From: Octopus bimaculoides
Lineage: Eukaryota
Length of the DNA: 53,156 nt
Assembly (NCBI RefSeq): GCF_001194135.2
Contig: NC_068983.1
Coordinates: forward strand, 95,052,364-95,105,519
Direction of reading: 5' to 3'
The notes beneath the pieces were generated by a model. The model had not been told where the DNA came from and ran no database searches. It saw only the letters and a list, made by a program, of their open reading frames with translations. A program made the translations under genes and the position numbers. Positions 42,955 to 53,156 of this stretch are shown piece by piece. The first letter of the stretch is position 1. Each line of letters begins with the position of its first letter.

Positions 42955-44705
42955 ATGAAGTATTTAACCTTAATTTTAACGCTGTCCGTTGTTTGTGCAG
43001 ATGATTTTAGCATAATAAAGTCATTCACAAAATGTTACAAGAATTTCCAAGACAATGTTTTTGAATCGAACAAGAGGCAGGTGTGGCAGAAATACTGTTT
43101 AGATAACAACCCTTATGTTCGGCAACGTTTTGGAGGTTGGGTTAACCATATTCCAAATATTCATGACTATAATAATATGGGAAATCTACCAAAGCCTCTT
43201 ACGTCAAAGCGGGCCAGAAAGGAATATAGAATGCTCACTACAAAAGAGAGACATGATTTCCATCAAGCCATTAATCTATTAAAACAAGATACGGTAAGTT
43301 CTTTAGTTGATATCAGTTAACTAGCAAATTTAATCAACAATTTTTACTGTACTTTATTACAAATTCAGCATATTTATTAATTTTCTTACACATGAAATTC
43401 GAGAGTGTGTGACCTCAAGCCTTGTCCCAATGGTGTTGGTAACCTAAGTAAAGTGCAACATTTATAATAAAATGGTAATCAGTTATAGAGTTTAATTGTT
43501 GTTACAGCCGACGATATTGTAGCTAAAGTAAGGCGGCGAGCTGGCAGAATCGTTAGCACGCCGGGCGAAATGCTTAGCGGTATTTCGTCTACCGTTACGT
43601 TCTGAGTTCAAATTCCGCCGATGTCGACTTTGCCTTTCATCCTTTCGGGGTCGATAAATTAAGTACCAGTTACGCACTGGGGTAGATGTAATCGACTTAA
43701 TCCGTTCGTCTGTTCTTGTTTGTTCCCTCTATGTTTAGCCCCTTGTGGGCAATAACGAAATAGGTATTTCGTCTGTCTTTACGTTCAGAGTTCAAATTCC
43801 GCCGAGGTCGACTTTCCCTCCCTTTCATCCTCTCGGGGTCGATAAATTAAGCACCAGTTGCGTACTGGGGTCAATCTAATCGACTTTCCCCTCTCCCCAA
43901 ATTTCGGGCCTTGTGCCTAGAGAAGAAAAGGATATTGTAGCTAAAATAAGGCGGCGAGCTGGCAAAACGTTAGCACGCCGGGCGAAATGCTTAGCGGTAT
44001 TTCGTATATCTTTACGTTCTGAGTTCAAATTCCGCCGTGGTCGACTTTGCCTTTCGTCATTCGGGGTCGATAAATTAAGTACCAGTTACGTACTGGAGTC
44101 GATCTAATCGATTGGCCTCCTCCCCCAAAAAATTGGGCCTTCTGCCTAGAGTAGAAAAGGATTTTGTAGCTGAAGTGTGTTTGTGTGTAACTTTAAAATT
44201 ACTAATAATGGTCACTTTTTTTATTTAGAGTTTGGCACCAAACGTCTACGATGCGATCGCCTTCCTCCATTCTGGTCCCACGGTTATAAACGCTCACGCT
44301 GGCCCTTCTTTCTTAGCTTGGCACAGAATCTACCTTAACATGTAAGTATTTTCTTCTAGATGTAAGAATTATTTTTTTAACATTATTTATATTTGTTTTT
44401 ATACTGTATTCTTCGAATATTTTAATACTTCATAAATCCTAGATCGATAATATATATGTTTATATATGTACACACGCACACACACGCACACACATATTTG
44501 TATGTATTTATATATGTATGTATGTATGCATGCATGCACGTATGTAAGTACAATAGGACATGAGTCCAACACCCTAACGACTAAGCCACGCGTCTTCACA
44601 GATTTAGGATTAACTTCTAGTGTTTAGAGACCCAAAGAGCCCGGAAGACTTCAAATTAAGTTTCTAGATTATGTCAATCACAGAGCTTTTTCTTCATCTT
44701 ACACC

Positions 44706-44739
<34 letters not shown>

Positions 44740-47523
44740 TCACCACCACCACCACCACCACCACCACCACCACCATCATCATCACCATCATCATCATCAG
44801 CAGCAGCAGCAGCATCCTCATCATTTTCACTTTATTTATTGTATAATTTTTCTTTTTTTATNNNNNNNNNNNNNNNNNNNNNNNNNNNNNNNNNNNNNNN
44901 NNNNNNNNNNNNNNNNNNNNNNNNNNNNNNNNNNNNNNNNNNNNNNNNNNNNNNNNNNNNNNNNNNNNNNNNNNNNNNNNNNNNNNNNNNNNNNNNNNNN
45001 NNNNNNNNNNNNNNNNNNNNNNNNNNNNNNNNNNNNNNNNNNNNNNNNNNNNNNNNNNNNNNNNNNNNNNNNNNNNNNNNNNNNNNNNNNNNNNNNNNNN
45101 NNNNNNNNNNNNNNNNNNNNNNNNNNNNNNNNNNNNNNNNNNNNNNNNNNNNNNNNNNNNNNNNNNNNNNNNNNNNNNNNNNNNNNNNNNNNNNNNNNNN
45201 NNNNNNNNNNNNNNNNNNNNNNNNNNNNNNNNNNNNNNNNNNNNNNNNNNNNNNNNNNNNNNNNNNNNNNNNNNNNNNNNNNNNNNNNNNNNNNNNNNNN
45301 NNNNNNNNNNNNNNNNNNNNNNNNNNNNNNNNNNNNNNNNNNNNNNNNNNNNNNNNNNNNNNNNNNNNNNNNNNNNNNNNNNNNNNNNNNNNNNNNNNNN
45401 NNNNNNNNNNNNNNNNNNNNNNNNNNNNNNNNNNNNNNNNNNNNNNNNNNNNNNNNNNNNNNNNNNNNNNNNNNNNNNNNNNNNNNNNNNNNNNNNNNNN
45501 NNNNNNNNNNNNNNNNNNNNNNNNNNNNNNNNNNNNNNNNNNNNNNNNNNNNNNNNNNNNNNNNNNNNNNNNNNNNNNNNNNNNNNNNNNNNNNNNNNNN
45601 NNNNNNNNNNNNNNNNNNNNNNNNNNNNNNNNNNNNNNNNNNNNNNNNNNNNNNNNNNNNNNNNNNNNNNNNNNNNNNNNNNNNNNNNNNNNNNNNNNNN
45701 NNNNNNNNNNNNNNNNNNNNNNNNNNNNNNNNNNNNNNNNNNNNNNNNNNNNATTATTTTGGTAACTATGAAGAAATGGTGATAGTTGATCGTAGATTAG
45801 CTGTATCATCGGATATAGCCTACATTGGTATCAAAAGACCTGCAATAAACAGCAGTCTGGTATTTATGACAGTCTCAGAACAATGTGGAAGAATATGTCG
45901 TCCTTCTTGCTTAGTGCCGGGTTCAAATCCACCGAGGTACACAGAATGTATAGGTTTGTTGAACTTAACTCACAATGATGCTCATTTCTACGGCAAAACT
46001 CTGGCAGAAGCTTACATGAGAGTGTGGGATTATAAAAACCAGATACGACCGAAAATAAGACACGAGAATATACCAATCGTATTCCATTGTGATGATAGCC
46101 TGTGGCCTTTTAACATCAGCAACTATATATCTACAACGACACCATCAACTTGGACAAGAGAGTCAACACGTACACAAACCACGACTACTACAACTACCAC
46201 TACCACTACTACCACTCCAACACCAACAACTACAACTACACCAACAACTACAACTACAACTACACCAACAACAAGTTGGGCATGGAGAACAACAACAAAA
46301 CCAACAACAAGATGGGAGTGGAAAACAACGACAACTAATGGTGATAGTAATATCTGTAAGTATTTCATTTATCCACTCCTTTAATGAATGCATGTCTGTT
46401 TACGATATATATGTATCATATAAAAAACAGGATTTTATATAATTTATTACAAAATCTGTTGATTCACTTATTTTTTCTTCTCAACAAGAGCCCACACCTC
46501 TTCCCATTTTCCTTCCAAGTATTTTTCATCAATAATTTCAACAAATAACCAAGTGGCTGAGAGGTAGAGGCAGTAGAACGAGAGATTAAATGTCTTGTAT
46601 TTAATAATGTATCTTTACTTTCTAAATTCAAATTCTATTTGGATCCACTTTGGTTTCACCATTCCGGTGCAGATAAAATAAGACCTGTGCCACGTGTCCA
46701 AAGTTTCATTTATAAGGTAAAGTCATAGAAAAGAGGAAATGTTAAATCAAATATGGCAGTGAAAAATGTGTGCCGATGCTAGAAATCAATATGTAACCAA
46801 CATCTAAATATTACAGTTACGCATATCCTAAAAACAAAACTAAGGAACACGTTTCCCCTACTTTTCTTGTCTATAATATGTTTCTGATTCATAGCATTAT
46901 CACATTCTAATTTGCAACATCCCTATAATCTTATTTACGAAGTTCCTGAAATTAGTTTCATGGACCTCAATATTTTCGTGCTTGAAATGCATACTATTAT
47001 CCACGAAAAAACCAATGATTAATATATTTATGCTCCATATGATATTATATGAACCTTCCAAACTAGTTTGTAAGAATTCTTCACTATGGATGATGAAGCT
47101 AAAATTTGAAACATCGTTTATTCGGCTATAGGCTCACTTCAAAATGTATTACATGTGCATTTTAATATATATTAGGAAAAATACTAAAATATACCCCACT
47201 CACCCATCTTTTTTGTGCCATTAAATCACTCTATAATGTTTCCTTAAATTATATCTGACAAATTCATACAAGATATAACATTTTTGCATTTCATTTTTTT
47301 TTTCATTCCAGTCTGTAAAGTCGATAACACTTGTGTAATCCCATCAAGATGTAGCTGTACATACATGGAAAAGAAACCTTGCATGCAAATGTGCTCCCGA
47401 TATGCCATATGTATTTACGGACAATATTTCGTTTTAAATTGCGGTTCTGGATTTAGATACAACCACCAACTGAAACAGTGTGTTCGAGGATACTGTTCCC
47501 ACAGATACTTATCAAAGATATAG
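42955..47523 (+). CDS. Tyrosinase-like gene 3: coding exons 42955-43293, 44229-44341, [start in N gap 44862-45752]-46355, 47312-47523
   Basis: Signal peptide MKYLTLILTLSVVCA; CuA HSGPTVINAHAGPSFLAWHR; post-gap domain, Thr linker and 10-Cys last exon collinear with gene 2. CuB lies in the gap, so intactness is unproven. Confidence 0.85.
43513..44176 (+). mobile_element. Tandem array of three family B tRNA-derived SINEs in gene 3 intron
   Basis: Copies at ~43531-43760, ~43762-43930 (5'-truncated) and ~43949-44159, with A-box/B-box-like heads (TGGCAGAATCGTTAG; GAGTTCAAATTCC). Confidence 0.9.
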
Positions 47524-47815
47524 TTTTCACACAAAATTACCCTTAATAATATTGTCACTTTTACATCCAACATTTGCTGTTAATATCAGAGATGTTGTTA
47601 GTCTTATTTATACTAAACCTACCGTCTATTATTTAAATTAGTTGTGTTTTTGTACAAAGTAACCAACAACAAATACATTAGTTTAGCTGTGCTAAACTGC
47701 CTTATAATCACCATAACCCCAAAATGATATATTATTTAATATTTATGTCCAGCTGTCACCACATCCGGTTTAAGTGAGGTTAATGACTGCATTACACATA
47801 CACACATACTTTGTA

Positions 47816-47850
<35 letters not shown>

Positions 47851-47871
47851 NNNNNNNNNNACATACATACA

Positions 47872-47902
<31 letters not shown>

Positions 47903-50640
47903 GCATACTCACATGTGGTACATAAATATCTGTTTAATCAACCAAATTCCGAAATTCTCCTTGATGTCGACGATGATCATAGTTTATTTCTAAATTGTCA
48001 TTATTTTTATGACGAAATGCTGTGATCTGTAACACAAGATCACTGATGCTGATCTTCGAAAATTATATTAACATTACATCGATACATATTTCACCCATTT
48101 TTCTTTCTGTCGATGTAGCTGCATATCTTTAAAATTCATCCATTTCTTTGAGAAAGACATTAAAGATGCATCTTCATATTTACCAAAAATATCACACCAC
48201 CGCCACCACAGAAATATTGAGGCATCAGGCCTTTTTTTCATTGACCATAAGAGCTATATATTTAAACGATATAACCTTATGTTACAAACGATGATAATTG
48301 TACTTGTTATAAACGATATCCCTTTGTTGTAAATGTCATATGTGATTTTTGTTAAATAATAAATTATTTATTTCACGAATTATTTGCTTTGTTGTTTATA
48401 CTTATTTCACCGAAACTCATAAAGCAGACTTTGCGCCGATGTAACAAATGTTATTGTTCGCGTGTAAGAGAAGTTACTGAATAGGATAACATTCCTAATA
48501 GTTAACGACGTGGTTATTGCGCCTAGAAGGCTTTATTTAATCCCATATCAGTCTTGATCAAACTGATCAGGGATTAAACAATAACAAGCACTGTATATTA
48601 CTAATTGAATCATCACATAAAAAACTTGCAACAAATTCCGAATTGATGTTAAACTGTTCAGGCAACCAGCTCAGTAGCAAAACTCGAAGAGCAATTGAAA
48701 TGATTGCATGAGTAACTCGAGGGTGCATACTAGTCTCACTCGGGTATGCAGCTGCTTAGAAAGCGCAACACAACAGACAACAAATGATTTTTACGATATC
48801 ATGTCCACAGGGAAAGAAACACATTATAAACTTCTATTCAATCAGAATTCCTTAATTATGGAAAACAGTGATTCTGAAATCTAGATATTCATTATTATAT
48901 TTTTAAAAGCGGTATAGACGTACGATATTAATAAAAATCTATTGTTTTTACTAGGCTTTTTTTTTTGTTTTGTTTTTTGTAATAGCAGTTAGTACCCAGG
49001 AAACATTTTCACTAGACAGACAGTGAGAAAGAGAAGGGAAATCATTTCAAATGCAATAGTATTATTCAGATCTAAAATCGTTAAAACAATGGTTTTAAAA
49101 CATACTTCTTTTAGATATATCCACCATAAATTAAATTTCCCTGGTCATTATATTTTGGAAGTTTGGACATGGTTTGGAAATATGGATATGGCTAGTATCC
49201 AAATTTGGATATGGTTAATGCTCGATTTGAGGAAAAAAGTAAATTGTGAATAATGATTACTTAACGCAAGGTCTGGCAATATCTAAAATGACTTTCAATT
49301 GATTTATAAAGATTCACTCGCAAAAGGTTTCTTCTCCCCATTTCTTCTGTACCTTCTTCTCTTTTGAACTAGCAAGCTACATACAGCCTACCTCTGGAAT
49401 AAACTAATATACTCGCCTTTCCATCTCTCAGCATTCTTATTTCTTTCTGCTCACCTCCCAAAACTCTGTATGTGGCACGCTATCACTTTTCTCGAAAACA
49501 GCATCCCTCGGATTTCACTCACTATCTAGGTTTTTCCTATTGGCCTCAAAGTTATTAACTTATGATTATGGGAGGGCCTGCAAGATCCAGGACGCTGACT
49601 CACATACCCAGTAAACGTATTTTTAATACGCAGTAGGGATGAGGGAACGAAAGCAAGCATGTAAAGTGGCTGAGTTTAAATGGAAAATGTATTCTGTAAG
49701 TTCAAAGTAGAAGACGTCTTTGTAGTAGCAACAGAAGAGACATAAAATGTACAAGTCATCGATGTTGACCATTCTCCATGGACGAGTGAGAATGTGAGAA
49801 GTTGTTGTAGTAACAAAAAAAAAGATGGAGATGACATACAAGTTACTATTCCATGTGTGGATGTGAGAGTTAGATGCATCGTACACTTATCGAATAAACA
49901 TATCATATTTGTGGAACGGTCTCGTGTTTACAGATGTAGGTTCGAGTTCCACAGACAGCCGTTGATTATTTCTATCTCCAGGCTTTTTTAACCCAATATT
50001 TACAAGCTATTATTCATAGCTTTATTTCGAGATTCACCGTTCCAAAAACAATTATTTCACGTTCTCGTGAAATAATTGTGTGTGTGTGTGTGTGTGTACA
50101 TTACACATACATACATACATACATACACACATACATACATACATACATACATACATACATACATACATACATACAACTAATAAGCAGTACAAGACTGTTA
50201 TGTAATGCAACAAACTACAATTCTTACACGTTTTCAAGAAGAGCATCTCCAACAACCCCAGAATATGAAAACTTGATCCCATCATCTCAGTTTTAAAGCT
50301 TAACAAAAAACTTAACAAGAGTTGTATCATACAGATACATCACCGTCTATGAATAATCTCAACTATTCAGGCTAACATACCTGTACTCAACACCTTCTTA
50401 ACTCTTCAGCATTTAAACTGCCAATATCTGCCTTAATTTTTTACGTGATTTATGTTCAAATCGGCCAGATATGGGCTCTCACAGCTACCCTACAATGTCA
50501 ATTTAAAAATAAACAGTCACATCATCAAAATCTCGAAGATACGAGATAATGTATGATTAATTCAAAAATTATGTGAATAAATATGCATTGCACTTGACAA
50601 AATATTCTGAATGCTAAATGGTTAAGAAACAACACAAAGT

Positions 50641-52650
50641 GTTCTATATTTAAGAGATGAGGAATTATGTACATTATTTACAATTGGCGGATATTTGTCA
50701 TCTTGTTTGTTGTTAACACAACGTTTCAGCTGATATACCCTCCAGCCTTCATCAGGTGTCTTGGGGAAATTTCGAACCTGGATTCCAGCATACAAGAGAA
50801 ATGCTACAGTGGTGATGAACAAGTCTGACTACTCGAAAAAACTGGCAAGTCTTATAAGTGATGGTAGCTACAGCAAAGTAAAGAAAGACCCTACTTTGAA
50901 AACAGAGAGGAAGTTGTCACAGATCTTGATCAAGAACAAGGATAACTTTACACCAATGAAGTACAGACAACTGACTCAACACTACAGTAAACTACCACAC
51001 ATGTACTGTCTCCCTAATATTCACAAGGATGGTATTCCCTTAAGACCTATAGTGAGCTGTAGAGGTACAGCATGTCATCCACTGAGCCGCTTCCTTGTGG
51101 ATATAATCAGTCCATTAGCAAGAAAGTCAACATCGTACGTGAAGAATTCCACCCACTTCACAGAAGTGATCAAAGATACCTCCATTGGATCCAACCAGAT
51201 GGTGAGTCTAGATGTGATAAGTCTGTTCACCAAAGTCCCAACTGGTGAAGCATTATTGGTGTTTCAAGAAAAACTAGTGACAGACACCCATCTAAAAGAA
51301 CGCACTAGTATATAAATAAGAAACTTGATGGAAATGTTGACCTTCTGTGTAGAAACTACCTACTTCAGTATGGACACTGATATATATCGACAAGAAGAGG
51401 GTTTAGCTATGGGTTCACCATTATCACCGATAATAGCCAATATAGACATGGAATACTTTGAGAATTTGGCTTTAGGATCAACACCACTAAAACCAACCCT
51501 ATGGCTGCGATATGTTGATGATACCTTCATACTCTGGCCCCACCAGGAAGATGTCCAAGAGCTGTTAGATCATGTGAACTCAATAAAGCCATCCATACAG
51601 TTCACAATGGAAAAAGAAAAAGACAATCAGCTAGCATTCCTGGACGTATTAATAACACGCACCAAGTATGGATTCAGGATATCCGTAGACCGCAAGCCGA
51701 CCTTCACTGGACGACACCTCATCTTCAACTCTGGCCCCACCAGCCATACAGTGTAAAGAGAGGGATTGCTCAGTGCCTAAAACATCNNNNNNNNNNNNNN
51801 NNNNNNNNNNNNNNNNNNNNNNNNNNNNNNNNNNNNNNNNNNNNNNNNNNNNNNNNNNNNNNNNNNNNNNNNNNNNNNNNNNNNNNNNNNNNNNNNNNNN
51901 NNNNNNNNNNNNNNNNNNNNNNNNNNNNNNNNNNNNNNNNNNNNNNNNNNNNNNNNNNNNNNNNNNNNNNNNNNNNNNNNNNNNNNNNNNNNNNNNNNNN
52001 NNNNNNNNNNNNNNNNNNNNNNNNNNNNNNNNNNNNNNNNNNNNNNNNNNNNNNNNNNNNNNNNNNNNNNNNNNNNNNNNNNNNNNNNNNNNNNNNNNNN
52101 NNNNNNNNNNNNNNNNNNNNNNNNNNNNNNNNNNNNNNNNNNNNNNNNNNNNNNNNNNNNNNNNNNNNNNNNNNNNNNNNNNNNNNNNNNNGGAGATATT
52201 GATAAATCGGGTATAGCTGATCATGTATGGAAAAATGGAGACCACCTCTCCCTGTGAGATGAAGTTAAAATAATAGACAGAGAACACCACTGGAAAATAC
52301 GAAAACTAAAAGAAGCAGCACATATGCTAGGACACAACAACCTCCTAAGCAGACCGAGTGTAGATATGAACAGCATATGGGAGCCGGTATTAAGGAAGGA
52401 TAGGAGAATATTAGATTTCTAAGCCCTAAAATTCACTCCATAAGTAGCGCGGGCTACTAACCCCAAGATTCCGAGTTCTATTCCAGGCAGTGACCTGATG
52501 AATAATAATAATAATAATAATAACAACAACAACATCGAAAAATACCTTAGGAATGAGAACCTAGGTTCTGGAGGGTATATCAGCTGAAACGTTGAGGACA
52601 AAATGAGGACAAATATCGGTCAATTGTAAATAATGTAAATAATGAACACA
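50641..52650 (+). mobile_element. 5'-truncated Penelope-like retroelement (RT + GIY-YIG end) with inverted terminal repeat at its 5' junction; N gap 51787-52191
   Basis: NATVVMNK..KDGIPLRPIVS..SLDVISLFTKVP..GLAMGSPLSPIIAN..WLRYVDDTF (PLE RT; one stop at 51313-15); after the gap KSGIADHVW..RKLKEA. Repeat 50641-50781 is the reverse complement of the 52560-52650 / 20277-20400 repeat. Confidence 0.92.
50715..50760 (-). ncRNA. Minimal type I hammerhead ribozyme motif in the PLE terminal repeat
   Basis: Minus strand GACAC-CUGAUGA-AGGCUG-gagggUAUAU-CAGCU-GAAA-C-GUU-GUGUU: intact core, stem I, stem II and palindromic ACGU in place of stem III. Confidence 0.7.
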
Positions 52651-53037
52651 AAGTATTGCTTAACCAACTACATCCTCTGTCATCTAATCTGTGTAGTATA
52701 CAAGAACCTAACTACCGGAACGTGCGATTTCTCGAATCTGGTACAAAAGGGTACCCCCTCCACCCACCTCTCACTCGCTTTTGTTTAACTTGTCCCTAGA
52801 TAATCTCTCACAACCTTATATGAAGATAACATTACACTCACATTCTCCCATCATTCTTTAATCACAGTTGCGTAATTACTTCAAACTTTCAGCAATTACC
52901 TAGATACCTGGTTGCAAAACAACTGTAGACAAACAAAACCCATTACCTTCCCGACCTACAACACCAGAGGACATTAAATACAACCAATCATCACATTCGA
53001 AAGCATAACTGAAACATTGAAAACAAATATACTAGTA

Positions 53038-53057
53038 TCTATCTATATCTCTCTATT

Positions 53058-53156
<99 letters not shown>
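53038..53156. repeat. (CT)n microsatellite
   Basis: Direct observation. Confidence 0.97.

Noticed and set aside
44671-44861. Pro/Ser-rich ORF start (PPPPSSSS) before the gene 3 gap
   Set aside because: Intronic trinucleotide repeat orthologous to the gene 2 intron tract, upstream of the expected acceptor.
49640-49991. Slightly GC-richer, protein-like stretch (..VIDVDHSPWTSENVRSCCSNKKK..)
   Set aside because: Contains an in-frame stop, has no recognised family and no clear splice context; a tBLASTx search would be needed.

Overview
Repeat-rich, AT-rich animal genomic DNA with several N gaps. It is most likely octopus/cephalopod; this is inferred from the SINE families, microsatellite load and mollusc-type tyrosinases. 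The core is a tandem, same-strand (+) cluster of three paralogous multi-exon genes for secreted type-3 copper (tyrosinase-like) proteins, with CDS at 4001-8761, 26564-31523 and 42955-47523. Each has a signal peptide, CuA/CuB domain, Cys-rich C-terminal domain, Thr-rich linker and a separately encoded 10-Cys chitin-binding (CBM14/peritrophin-A-like) module. Copies 2 and 3 share a TATA promoter with positionally conserved E-boxes and a 302-bp perfectly identical coding tract next to assembly gaps. Intergenic and intronic DNA holds RTE and R4/Dong-like LINE remnants, several Penelope-like elements with minimal hammerhead-ribozyme motifs (one in sense orientation in a tyrosinase intron), a mariner, a Tc1, a pogo-like MITE, a complete non-autonomous Helitron, fold-back hairpins, tRNA-derived SINEs and many microsatellites. 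No database searches could be run; family assignments come from motif recognition.
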